From IMG/VR virus record IMGVR_UViG_3300025084_000159, positions 1 through 28,690 of that record: a stretch of DNA of 28,690 nt; one strand, given 5' to 3'. Positions 1 through 7,424 of this stretch are shown here, in pieces. Position 1 is the stretch's first letter; the number at the start of each line of letters is the position of its first letter. Origin of the DNA: a virus. Its lineage: Duplodnaviria; Caudoviricetes. A program made the position numbers and the translations under genes. The notes beneath the pieces were generated by a model. The model worked only from the letters and a program-made list of their open reading frames with translations. It did no database searches and was not told the origin of the DNA.

Positions 1-2
1 AG

Positions 3-236
3 GAAACACCTAAATGGGGTAATCGATCTTTGCACCACTATGACACTTCGAAAAGATATGATATTGGAGATGAGGTTGAAAGCGATGAAATTTACGCGGA
101 TATAATTGAGACAATTGAAACTGAAGTCGGCTTAAGCCAAGGTGAATTTTGTGAAGGAGTCTGTTTTGGTGGAGATCCGGATACTGAATCCACGCCTCCA
201 CTCTATATTCCAGAGTTTTCCAAAAAATCTGAATAA
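3..236 (+). CDS. Hypothetical acidic protein, 5'-truncated by the window edge
   Basis: The frame is open from base 3 (ETPKWGNRSLHHYD...) to TAA at 234-236. The stop overlaps the next start (TAATG), suggesting translational coupling. No family recognised. Confidence 0.6.
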   Translation, partial: ETPKWGNRSLHHYDTSKRYDIGDEVESDEIYADIIETIETEVGLSQGEFCEGVCFGGDPDTESTPPLYIPEFSKKSE

Positions 237-829
237 TGAGCGGATATATAGCGTATCAAATTTACCAATCGCTAAAGCTACATTTCACTACTGATTACGA
301 TGCTGTAAAATATAATTTTAAAACCGCTGTAAAACAAGCAACATTTGAGAAACGCAGAGATCGTTACTTTTTTGAAAAACTATCTCGCCGTTTCAATAGA
401 GAACAACTCATTGAATATTTCACCGCAAATTTGATTGAAAATCAAAATGGCTGGATTGGCGATATGTCTGATGATGTGTATAGTGCTTATACTGCGCGCT
501 ACGACAAATTGACGTATATGTTTGAACAAGATATGAAAACACTTTCTAACAAAGGAAACACGTTTGATGAAATCTGTTCAGCTACACCAGACTTTTCTCA
601 GAGTCCTGTGCTAGAGGCCCTCAGAGGCGGCCAGATTAGCATCGAGAGCGTTATCCTATTGGATATATTGGTCAACTTTTTAAAGAGCCTGAGGAACATT
701 CTAAGTGATCCTATGGGTATAAATAAAGACATGATTGATATGCTGATTAGCTATAAATCAATCATGCTGCAAAAGCCATTACCAAAAAATAAAATTAGAG
801 ATAAAGCACTTTTAGTATTTACAATCTAA
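236..829 (+). CDS. gp59: T4 gp59-like helicase loader
   Basis: N-terminus AYQIYQSLKLHFTTDYDAVKY...FEKRRDRYFFEKLSR matches the gp59 family of T4-like phages. 197 aa, directly upstream of gene 32 as in T4. Confidence 0.85.
   Translation: MSGYIAYQIYQSLKLHFTTDYDAVKYNFKTAVKQATFEKRRDRYFFEKLSRRFNREQLIEYFTANLIENQNGWIGDMSDDVYSAYTARYDKLTYMFEQDMKTLSNKGNTFDEICSATPDFSQSPVLEALRGGQISIESVILLDILVNFLKSLRNILSDPMGINKDMIDMLISYKSIMLQKPLPKNKIRDKALLVFTI
718..725 (+). promoter_or_regulatory. T4-type late promoter box TATAAATA inside gp59, upstream of gp32
   Basis: Exact consensus match oriented toward gp32. T4 gene 32 is also transcribed late. A chance match is possible in AT-rich DNA. Confidence 0.45.
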
Positions 830-846
830 TCATTTTATGGTAATAT
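818..846 (+). promoter_or_regulatory. Sigma70-type early promoter for gp32
   Basis: TTTACA (818-823), a 17-nt spacer, then TAATAT (841-846) preceded by an extended -10 TG (TGG TAATAT). Lies in the gp59-gp32 gap. Confidence 0.7.
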
Positions 847-899
847 AGCTCTTGTCAGGAAAAAACAAACAATACACTGCAAATACAAAAAATAATACT

Positions 900-1811
900 A
901 TGTCATTCGAAAAACTAAAACAAAATCGTGAAAGCGCAATTTCAAAACTTGTCTCTGCTGCTGACACAAATACAGAAAAAAAGAATTACGGCGATGATCG
1001 TCTGTGGAAACCAACTGTCGATAAAGCAGGTAATGGTTATGCTGTTATTCGTTTTTTGCCAGCTGGAGCTGGTGAAGATCTTCCGTGGGTCCGATATTGG
1101 GATCATGGGTTTAAAGGACCAACTGGTCGTTGGTACATTGAAAGATCTTTGACTTCAATTGGTCAACAAGATCCAGTTTCTGAACTGAACTCACAACTAT
1201 GGAACACTGGCCGCGATGAAGATAAAGAACTTGCACGGCAGCGTAAGCGACGTCTACATCACGTGTCAAATATTCTTGTTGTATCGGATTCTGCAAATCC
1301 AGCAAATGAAGGAAAAGTTTTCCTTTATGAATACGGTAAAAAAATCATGGATAAAATTATGGATGTTATGCAACCACAATTTGAAGATGAAAAGCCAGTT
1401 AACCCATTTGATTTTTGGGCAGGCGCTAACTTCAAATTGAAAATTCGTCAAGTAGAAGGTTATCGCAATTACGATAAATCTGAATTCGATTCCTCTAGTG
1501 AATTGTATGATGCTGATGAAGCACGCTTAGAAGAAACATATAACAAGTTGTATAAGCTTAGTGAATTCACTGACCCTGAAAACTATAAGTCATATTCTGA
1601 TCTTAAACGTAAAATGTTTGAAGTTCTAGGTGAAGCTGAGGTAGCATCAACAATGACTACTGAACAACAGGTAGAAATGAATACTACAAAGGAAGCAACA
1701 CCTTTTAAAGCTGCTGAAACAGACGACAATGTTCCAGTCGTAAATGAAACTAAGAGTGAAGATTCAGATGAAGACACTCTCAGCTACTTTGCTAAATTGG
1801 CATCTAGCTAA
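900..1811 (+). CDS. gp32: Single-stranded DNA-binding protein gp32
   Basis: Motifs DDRLWKPTVDKAGNGYAVIRFLPA, HGFKGPTGRWYIE, ANEGKVFLYEYGKKI, NPFDFWAGANFKLKIRQVEGYRNYDKSEF and acidic tail DEDTLSYFAKLA. ATG at 900 (MSFEKLK) is preferred over TTG at 852. Confidence 0.97.
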   Translation: MSFEKLKQNRESAISKLVSAADTNTEKKNYGDDRLWKPTVDKAGNGYAVIRFLPAGAGEDLPWVRYWDHGFKGPTGRWYIERSLTSIGQQDPVSELNSQLWNTGRDEDKELARQRKRRLHHVSNILVVSDSANPANEGKVFLYEYGKKIMDKIMDVMQPQFEDEKPVNPFDFWAGANFKLKIRQVEGYRNYDKSEFDSSSELYDADEARLEETYNKLYKLSEFTDPENYKSYSDLKRKMFEVLGEAEVASTMTTEQQVEMNTTKEATPFKAAETDDNVPVVNETKSEDSDEDTLSYFAKLASS

Positions 1812-1824
1812 ACTATATAATATA

Positions 1825-2199
1825 ATGAAAACTAAATTAATTACAGTAATCGTTGCATCTCTCACACTGGGAGTTTGTGCAGCTGACCATCACAGTAAAG
1901 ATGGAAAACATAAAGCTAAACCTGCAAAGGTGGATGGCAAGCGTAAGCTCCCTCCCCATATGGCTAAGTTCGATAAGAATAAAGATGGTAAACTTTGTGA
2001 TGCAGAGAAAGCGACAGCCAAAGCGGCTTGGGTCAAGCGATTCGATAAGGATGGCAATGGCAAAGTTGAAGGTAAGGAGCTAGCTGCAGCTAAGAAAGCT
2101 ATGGCCGAGCGTCGTAAGAATGCTCAAAAAAATAAAGGTAAAGGTAAGCTTCCTAAAGGAGCTAAAGGTAAAGTAAAGCCTGAAAAAAAGAAGGGCTAA
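1825..2199 (+). CDS. Secreted, Lys-rich protein with two EF-hand Ca2+-binding loops
   Basis: ATG at 1825, signal-peptide-like MKTKLITVIVASLTLGVCA, canonical 12-residue loops DKNKDGKLCDAE (1972-2007) and DKDGNGKVEGKE (2044-2079), basic C-terminal tail. 124 aa. Confidence 0.8.
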   Translation: MKTKLITVIVASLTLGVCAADHHSKDGKHKAKPAKVDGKRKLPPHMAKFDKNKDGKLCDAEKATAKAAWVKRFDKDGNGKVEGKELAAAKKAMAERRKNAQKNKGKGKLPKGAKGKVKPEKKKG

Positions 2200-2230
2200 T
2201 ACATATAAAACATAATACTAGTAAATAAAC

Positions 2231-2267
2231 AAAGGAGGGTGGTCGAAAGGTCACCCTCCTTTTATTT
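2231..2267. terminator. Bidirectional rho-independent terminator
   Basis: AAAGGAGGGTGGTC-GAAA-GGTCACCCTCCTTT hairpin, followed by TTTTATTT and preceded by an A-rich run. Sits between convergent genes. Confidence 0.9.
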
Positions 2268-3737
2268 CTATCCGCCCGCGGCTTGAAGAGCGTCAGTAGC
2301 AACGTTGCTGCCATTTTGGATGACGTAAGTCACGTTATTAGTTGTATTTACAGCAGTGCCTCCTTCTTGTACACTAACACCTCCACCACCTGAGCCGGCC
2401 GAAGATTCTTTTTCTTCGGCTTTTAGTTTTTCTTCGAGCTCGTCTTTTTTCTTCAATTCAGCTTTTAAGGTTTTAATACTTTCAATATCATTGTCAACTC
2501 TTCTCTTTGTTGCTTTTGTGGCAGCATCCATCTCATCGATGAAATTTTCTGCAGACTCTGGCAAAAGCCAATCTGGGACTTTTTGAAGAAGGCCATTAAT
2601 TGCTTCTGCTAAGTATAAAAAGAAACTCTGAATTTGTAAGCCAATTTGTTTTAAAGTCAATATTCCTCTTTGGATTGCGGAACCTCCAAAAATATCTTTT
2701 ATGACAGATCCAATTATTTTAAACGGAGCCATAAGAGCACTTGTAATTCCATCCCATATTTTTGATAGACCTCCGAATACTTTGTCACCATCCCAGGTGA
2801 ATATTCCTACGATTACATCGATAAGTCCTCCAAATACATCTTTAACACTTTGAATAATCGTTTCAGTATAACGACCAATTTCTTCCGCTAAGTTGTCAAA
2901 GCCAAGCCATTCAGCTATTTTAGTTGGTATCCACATTAGAATACGCAGAAGGCCACCTATTAATCCTTCAAACAAACTGTTAAAACCTTCCTTTATGCCA
3001 CCTACAATACCATCTTCTTCGTAACCTTTCATGAAACCTGTGACAAAATCAAAGATTCCCATAATAATGGTAATTGGTAAAAATACTTTTCCTAGTATTC
3101 TTCCTATTTTACCAGCAAAACCTATAATTGCTTTAAAAGGACCGCCCGTTGCAAACTTTACGATTGATTTAAAAATACTAAACAACCTTGAAAAGAATCC
3201 ACCCTTTCCGGCACCGAACACTTTTTGAAATAAGCCGCTAATAGACTTAAATAATTTGCTATTTTTAAGTCTATCAATAATTCCACCGATCCATTTTCCT
3301 AGCTTACTATTTTTAAGTTTGTCAAATATACCACTAAATAAACCTTTAAAACTAACCTTTAATTTTTCTAAAAATTTTCCAGCTCTTCCTTTAGTAAAGA
3401 AATTCAATTCTCTTCCTAATTGGCCAAGAAAGCTAATAAATCCTACAAATGGTGCTAACAACAAACCAAGACCTAAGCCTAACAACTTACTTAAACCACC
3501 ATCAGTTTTAGGAATTAAAGACTTAAGTCCTGAAATAAGAGAATCGCCAAGGCCTTTAATGCCGTCTGCAATATCTTGAAAAAGAACTTTTTGTTCGATA
3601 TTTTGCTCTAACTCTTTAAGGTCATTTTTTTTCTGTTGATCTATAAGAGGTTGAGCAATTTTTTTAGCATTGTCAATTGTTACTTTTTGTGTAACAGTTT
3701 CTAAATCCTTTCTAGTGATGTATGGTTCGTTAGCCAT
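2268..3737 (-). CDS. Probable tape measure protein (gp29-like)
   Basis: 489 aa of amphipathic helical, Gly/Ile/Phe/Lys-rich sequence with hydrophobic segments. Directly downstream of the gp26/gp51-like genes, the typical chaperone-tape measure order. Confidence 0.65.
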   Translation of the reverse strand: MANEPYITRKDLETVTQKVTIDNAKKIAQPLIDQQKKNDLKELEQNIEQKVLFQDIADGIKGLGDSLISGLKSLIPKTDGGLSKLLGLGLGLLLAPFVGFISFLGQLGRELNFFTKGRAGKFLEKLKVSFKGLFSGIFDKLKNSKLGKWIGGIIDRLKNSKLFKSISGLFQKVFGAGKGGFFSRLFSIFKSIVKFATGGPFKAIIGFAGKIGRILGKVFLPITIIMGIFDFVTGFMKGYEEDGIVGGIKEGFNSLFEGLIGGLLRILMWIPTKIAEWLGFDNLAEEIGRYTETIIQSVKDVFGGLIDVIVGIFTWDGDKVFGGLSKIWDGITSALMAPFKIIGSVIKDIFGGSAIQRGILTLKQIGLQIQSFFLYLAEAINGLLQKVPDWLLPESAENFIDEMDAATKATKRRVDNDIESIKTLKAELKKKDELEEKLKAEEKESSAGSGGGGVSVQEGGTAVNTTNNVTYVIQNGSNVATDALQAAGG

Positions 3738-3921
3738 TGTTTTGTTTTTGTTTTAATTCTTCTTCTTCAATGTGATCTTTTAAAAGTGTTATGTAAATCT
3801 CCCTTTCCCACGGTATCATGTTATCCAATTCTGATAAGCTATATTTATGGTGCTGTAGTAGTGAAAACTGAACGTGATAATAATTTTCAAGTGAGTTATG
3901 AGAAAGGGTTATATGAAAAAA
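3730..3921 (-). CDS. gp51: gp51-like frame (tail assembly chaperone C-terminal part), probably reached by -1 frameshift from gp26; absent from the ORF track
   Basis: Manual translation FFHITLSHNSLENYYHVQFSLLQHHKYSLSELDNMIPWEREIYITLLKDHIEEEELKQKQNNG* carries the QxHKYSLxExxNMIPWERxIY motif of T4-like gp51. There is no start codon upstream of the conserved part. Confidence 0.85.
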   Translation of the reverse strand, partial: FFHITLSHNSLENYYHVQFSLLQHHKYSLSELDNMIPWEREIYITLLKDHIEEEELKQKQNNG

Positions 3922-4610
3922 TCATTAAGTCCACTTAGTATTTTTGTGTTTTTATGACCAGTTGGTCCTACAAATTCAATTTTATGACTTAATGAAGGTG
4001 CACAATCGAGCCAATTTTTTATTTTTTGTACTTGTGCTGAGCTTAGCGAATCAATAAAGTTTTCTATTTCCTTTGGTGATGCATCACCTAATGGATAAAC
4101 CTCGTTATTATCATACACACTGTCAATAACACTTGTTAAAGCTTGAATAAGTGGATTAATGTCTTTTCTTCCTTTTGCAGCACGTTCAGCATCTTTAAGG
4201 CCTGGTGATTTAAGAGTAATTCCAACATCATCAGTAAGTTGAATATTGTTATCAACCTTTTTTTCTTTTTTAACAGTAATTTCTGATAAATCTAATGTTA
4301 CATTTACGAATTCTCCACTTTCATCGCATTTCACGCGGATTTCAGTTGTTTCGCCTACACTTTTAGATCTAATTTGTAATAAAATATATTCTAAATCACT
4401 CATTGTGAGTGAATATAAATCTAATTTGTTAAAAGTGCACGCTTTAATAATGTCTTTCATTGCAGCAATCATGCTAGCGTCAGAGCCTGCTTCTTGTGCA
4501 ATCATTAATACTTTTTCTTCTTTTACAAGGAATGGCCTAAATTCAACTGATTCTTCGCTAGAAGGTACAGTTAAAAAGTATTTTGGTGTTTCAATTGTTG
4601 GTAATGGCAT
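3909..4610 (-). CDS. gp26: gp26-like baseplate hub assembly / tail assembly chaperone
   Basis: MPLPTIETPKYFLTVPS...FRPFLVKEEKVLMIAQE...DLEYILLQIRSKSVGE...GLNDFF are typical gp26 motifs. Confidence 0.92.
   Translation of the reverse strand: MPLPTIETPKYFLTVPSSEESVEFRPFLVKEEKVLMIAQEAGSDASMIAAMKDIIKACTFNKLDLYSLTMSDLEYILLQIRSKSVGETTEIRVKCDESGEFVNVTLDLSEITVKKEKKVDNNIQLTDDVGITLKSPGLKDAERAAKGRKDINPLIQALTSVIDSVYDNNEVYPLGDASPKEIENFIDSLSSAQVQKIKNWLDCAPSLSHKIEFVGPTGHKNTKILSGLNDFFI
3915..3921 (-). other. Slippery heptamer T TTT TTC (predicted -1 ribosomal frameshift site)
   Basis: gp26 ends GAT TTT TTC ATA TAA, an X XXY YYZ pattern in the correct phase. The -1 frame has TGA immediately before the heptamer (3924-3922) and is then open to 3730. 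Confidence 0.75.
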
Positions 4611-4629
4611 AATGTTTTTTGTTTATAAT

Positions 4630-5286
4630 TTAAATGAGTTGCCTAAACATGTTAAGCTTGTCGTCAGTACTATTTATGATCGATCTAAGTCCTGTTTCGT
4701 GCACGAATCTTCTATAAGTCATATTAACTGAGACTTGTGTTTTATTGTCAGTGTTTTCGTTCGAAAGATCAATACTATTGACAGATGTTGGGTACGAATC
4801 AACTAATCGAACTCCATAGATAGTAGCATTATTTTTATCTAACAATTGAATATGAGTATCGACTTTGTATTCGGTGTCGTAAGAAACTAAATTTGAAACA
4901 GGGTCAATGATACTTTCAAGCCAATTGTCAAAAAGTTTTTTAATATAAACATCATTAGTTAGTGTAAACGTAAACGCTACATCTTCTTCCATAATATTTG
5001 TAGGGTACTTCCTTGGTGTTGCTCCGAAAGCATCATAATCACCTGTTTGAATTGCTCTTCCTGGAATAGAGCACGAATCACAAAGAATGCTTATATCCCG
5101 CGGATCATTGACAACAGGGCCTTCTCCGAACAGACCACCTAGATTTAATAATGAGGCTGTCGGTGGAACTATAGTAACAGAAAATCTATTTGATGTGGCA
5201 AGGCCTCCTCTTTTACCAATTGTTGATTTAAAATCATCAATTTTAGAAGGGTTTAGTGCGTTATTGATATCGTTTTTTAATGACAT
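4630..5286 (-). CDS. gp54: gp54-like baseplate tail tube initiator (tube fold)
   Basis: Motifs GGLATSNRFSVTI, ILCDSCSIPGR, LFDNWLESI, YGVRLVDSYPTSV. ATG at 5286 (MSLKND) sits just after the gp2 stop and is preferred over 5319. Confidence 0.75.
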   Translation of the reverse strand: MSLKNDINNALNPSKIDDFKSTIGKRGGLATSNRFSVTIVPPTASLLNLGGLFGEGPVVNDPRDISILCDSCSIPGRAIQTGDYDAFGATPRKYPTNIMEEDVAFTFTLTNDVYIKKLFDNWLESIIDPVSNLVSYDTEYKVDTHIQLLDKNNATIYGVRLVDSYPTSVNSIDLSNENTDNKTQVSVNMTYRRFVHETGLRSIINSTDDKLNMFRQLI

Positions 5287-5288
5287 AA

Positions 5289-5879
5289 TTAGGTAAACTG
5301 TTTTCTTGATTTTGTCCAAACGGTGTTGGCTTTGCTTTTCTTAAATTGTTCTGTCGGTAAAAATAAAACAGTCTCCCAGTGGTTTGCAGGAACTTCTACA
5401 ATTCTCGATTTTACATGATCAGTTAAATAGTGCTTAAAACAAGGAGCGAAATACCGCAATTTAGAACTAGAAGATAAAAAATCATATGTCAATCTTAGTC
5501 TGGTTGATTGATTATATTTTTCGTTATTTGCAAAATCTGTTAGGTTATCAAAGAAAATTGCTCTGTATTTTGGTGATAGATAGTGCAGGTTTAAACCATA
5601 AAAACCACCTTTTGCTTTTTCAACTAAAAAAATTAGAGGAAACATGTCGTAATAAGGTAATGTGTCTTTATGCTTTGGAATATATTTGTACATAAACATC
5701 CGCCCTGGCAATGGCCGGGTTCTGTTAACAAAGTTTTCGTCTGACAAAAGTTTAGGTCTGCTTGGTATAGTTTTAAGGGAAGCTAATTCTTTTTTAAACC
5801 AATTAAGAGACTTCTTCGTATTTCTTTCTATGCCAGAAACTGTCGCTCTATCTTCGAGTCTATTGATAAACGTTGCCAT
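5289..5879 (-). CDS. gp2: DNA end protector protein gp2
   Basis: PGRMFMYKYIPKHKDTLPYYDMFPLIF...GFYGLNLHYL...PCFKHYLTDHVKS motifs. Confidence 0.93.
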   Translation of the reverse strand: MATFINRLEDRATVSGIERNTKKSLNWFKKELASLKTIPSRPKLLSDENFVNRTRPLPGRMFMYKYIPKHKDTLPYYDMFPLIFLVEKAKGGFYGLNLHYLSPKYRAIFFDNLTDFANNEKYNQSTRLRLTYDFLSSSSKLRYFAPCFKHYLTDHVKSRIVEVPANHWETVLFLPTEQFKKSKANTVWTKSRKQFT

Positions 5880-5886
5880 CTATCTC

Positions 5887-5894
5887 TATTTATA
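5887..5894 (-). promoter_or_regulatory. Late promoter TATAAATA for gp2
   Basis: Exact box on the minus strand. It overlaps the gp4 stop codon and lies 7 nt before the gp2 ATG. Confidence 0.8.
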
Positions 5895-6330
5895 AGATTT
5901 TTATACCGAATGAGCGTAAAGTGTCCTCAGTCCAAATTTGAAATACCATATCGTGTTTGTTAGCAAATGCTGTAGCGGCTTCCCATTTAGACTCATTTTT
6001 AATATAAGTCATCACCTCAGTCAAATACCTTTTTGTTTTCCTAGAAGGTTGTTTAGGTGGCTGTGTCTGTTTTTTTGGCTTTATTTCAATAATGTACAGC
6101 TTATTATCCTTTGTGCGCACAAATAAATCGACAAAATAGCGATGAATTTTATTGTCAGTTTTGCAACGATATGGAATTATGACTTCTTCTGAATTCCACC
6201 CAATAATATCTGGATTGTTGTCTAACCATTTGAAAGCTTGTCTTTCCCAAAGTGAACGGTATTTAACCTTTTTAAAGTCACCTTCGTATTTTTTAGGGTT
6301 CTTTACCCTATAACGTCCCGAATAAGCCAT
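5890..6330 (-). CDS. gp4: Head completion nuclease gp4 (TnsA-like PD-(D/E)XK fold)
   Basis: MAYSGRY...NPKKYEGD...YRSLWER...WNSEEVIIPY...HRYFVD...IEIKPKKQT...KWEAA motifs. Confidence 0.95.
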   Translation of the reverse strand: MAYSGRYRVKNPKKYEGDFKKVKYRSLWERQAFKWLDNNPDIIGWNSEEVIIPYRCKTDNKIHRYFVDLFVRTKDNKLYIIEIKPKKQTQPPKQPSRKTKRYLTEVMTYIKNESKWEAATAFANKHDMVFQIWTEDTLRSFGIKIL

Positions 6331-6338
6331 GTTTTTAT

Positions 6339-6346
6339 TATAAATA
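6339..6346 (+). promoter_or_regulatory. Late promoter TATAAATA for the gp48 operon
   Basis: Exact box in the 35-bp divergent intergenic gap, followed by an AGGA Shine-Dalgarno-like motif before ATG 6366. Confidence 0.85.
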
Positions 6347-6358
6347 ATATCAAAGGAT

Positions 6359-6366
6359 TATTTATA
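6359..6366 (-). promoter_or_regulatory. Late promoter TATAAATA for the gp4 operon
   Basis: TATTTATA on the plus strand at 6359-6366 is an exact box on the minus strand, upstream of gp4. Confidence 0.8.
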
Positions 6367-7421
6367 TGGCACGAGAAATAATAAACAACTTTATCGACGG
6401 GGAGCTCAACAAAATTGCAGGTGGACTAGACAATAAGGTGCGTCAGGCAATGTCGGGAGGAGGTGGCAAAAGTGGCGGTGGCGGGGTTTTTATGCTAAAG
6501 TTTCCAGAAAATCTTGAAGATTTGGGCAGACCTTATATTCGATTTAGATGTAAAACCCGGCCCGGAGAAAGTGCTGTAAGTATTCATTTGCCGTGCCCTT
6601 CAGGAATATCTTTTAGTGACGGTGCCTCGTATAATACAATTGACATGGGATTAATTGATACTATAGCTGAGGCAGCTGCTGCTACAGTTGATGCATTTAA
6701 AAATAGCTCTAGTAAAGGAAATTTAGAAAAGGCGATGGAAGCTGCTAAAGTTGCTAAAGATAGAGTAGTTGGTGAATTTAAATCTGTTGGAACATTAGGC
6801 GCTAGTATATTAGCAGCTAGAAAATTAGGAGCAGATAACGTAGCAGCCTCTTTAGAACTTAGAGGAAAGGTTGTGCAAAATCCTAAAACTAATACTGCAT
6901 TTAGTGGAAACACTATAAGATCTTTTCAATTTGATTTTAAAATGATTGGAAGAACTAAAAGCGAAGTTGCAAACATTGACCAAATTCAAAACGCGTTTCG
7001 AAATCAAGTATATGCCAAAAGGTTAGGCGGCGGAAATCTTATGCTGAAATATCCAAACCAATGGGAAATACTCTTTATGGAACCTTATGGCTCAAAAGAA
7101 TTGCAGTATGTTCCTAAAATTTATTCGTGTTATTTAATATCAGCCGCAACAGCTGTAAACAGTACGTCTAACACATTTAGAAAAGATTATTCGCCTTACG
7201 AAGTTGATGTGTCTTTGCAATTCCAAGAAACAAAAGTTCTTACACGCGACGAAATAGAATCTTTGGAAGCTAATGGTGATAGAGAAAGTGCGGCAGAGGA
7301 GGCAGCTTCTGTGCTAGGTGGTGAGTTTAGCGGTTTACAAAGTGCAGCATTAGAAGAAGGTAAGAAAAAATTCAAAGACACTCAGCAATCTTTTAAAGAT
7401 TTTAGCGATCCAAACAAATAA
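6366..7421 (+). CDS. gp48: Baseplate tail tube cap gp48
   Basis: LKFPENL, SIHLPCPSGISFSDGASYN, NPKTNTAFSGNTIRSFQFDFKM, LKYPNQWEI, VSLQFQETKVLTRDEI. Adjacent to gp53. Confidence 0.85.
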   Translation: MAREIINNFIDGELNKIAGGLDNKVRQAMSGGGGKSGGGGVFMLKFPENLEDLGRPYIRFRCKTRPGESAVSIHLPCPSGISFSDGASYNTIDMGLIDTIAEAAAATVDAFKNSSSKGNLEKAMEAAKVAKDRVVGEFKSVGTLGASILAARKLGADNVAASLELRGKVVQNPKTNTAFSGNTIRSFQFDFKMIGRTKSEVANIDQIQNAFRNQVYAKRLGGGNLMLKYPNQWEILFMEPYGSKELQYVPKIYSCYLISAATAVNSTSNTFRKDYSPYEVDVSLQFQETKVLTRDEIESLEANGDRESAAEEAASVLGGEFSGLQSAALEEGKKKFKDTQQSFKDFSDPNK

Positions 7422-7424
7422 ACA

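Noticed and set aside
852-899. TTG start extending gp32 by 16 codons
   Set aside because: It lies at the predicted transcription start, and family similarity begins at MSFEKLK (ATG 900).
1744-1824. Longer 151-aa version of the EF-hand ORF
   Set aside because: It overlaps gp32 by 68 nt, and the signal peptide is N-terminal only from ATG 1825.
3842-4678. CATAAATA variants on the minus strand (4671-4678, 3842-3849) as late promoters
   Set aside because: One mismatch, inside coding sequence (one encodes the conserved HKY), and not distinguishable from chance.
5890-6330. TnsA-like nuclease as a transposon or homing endonuclease
   Set aside because: Sequence and position match the core T4 gp4 gene, and no terminal repeats or partner genes are present.
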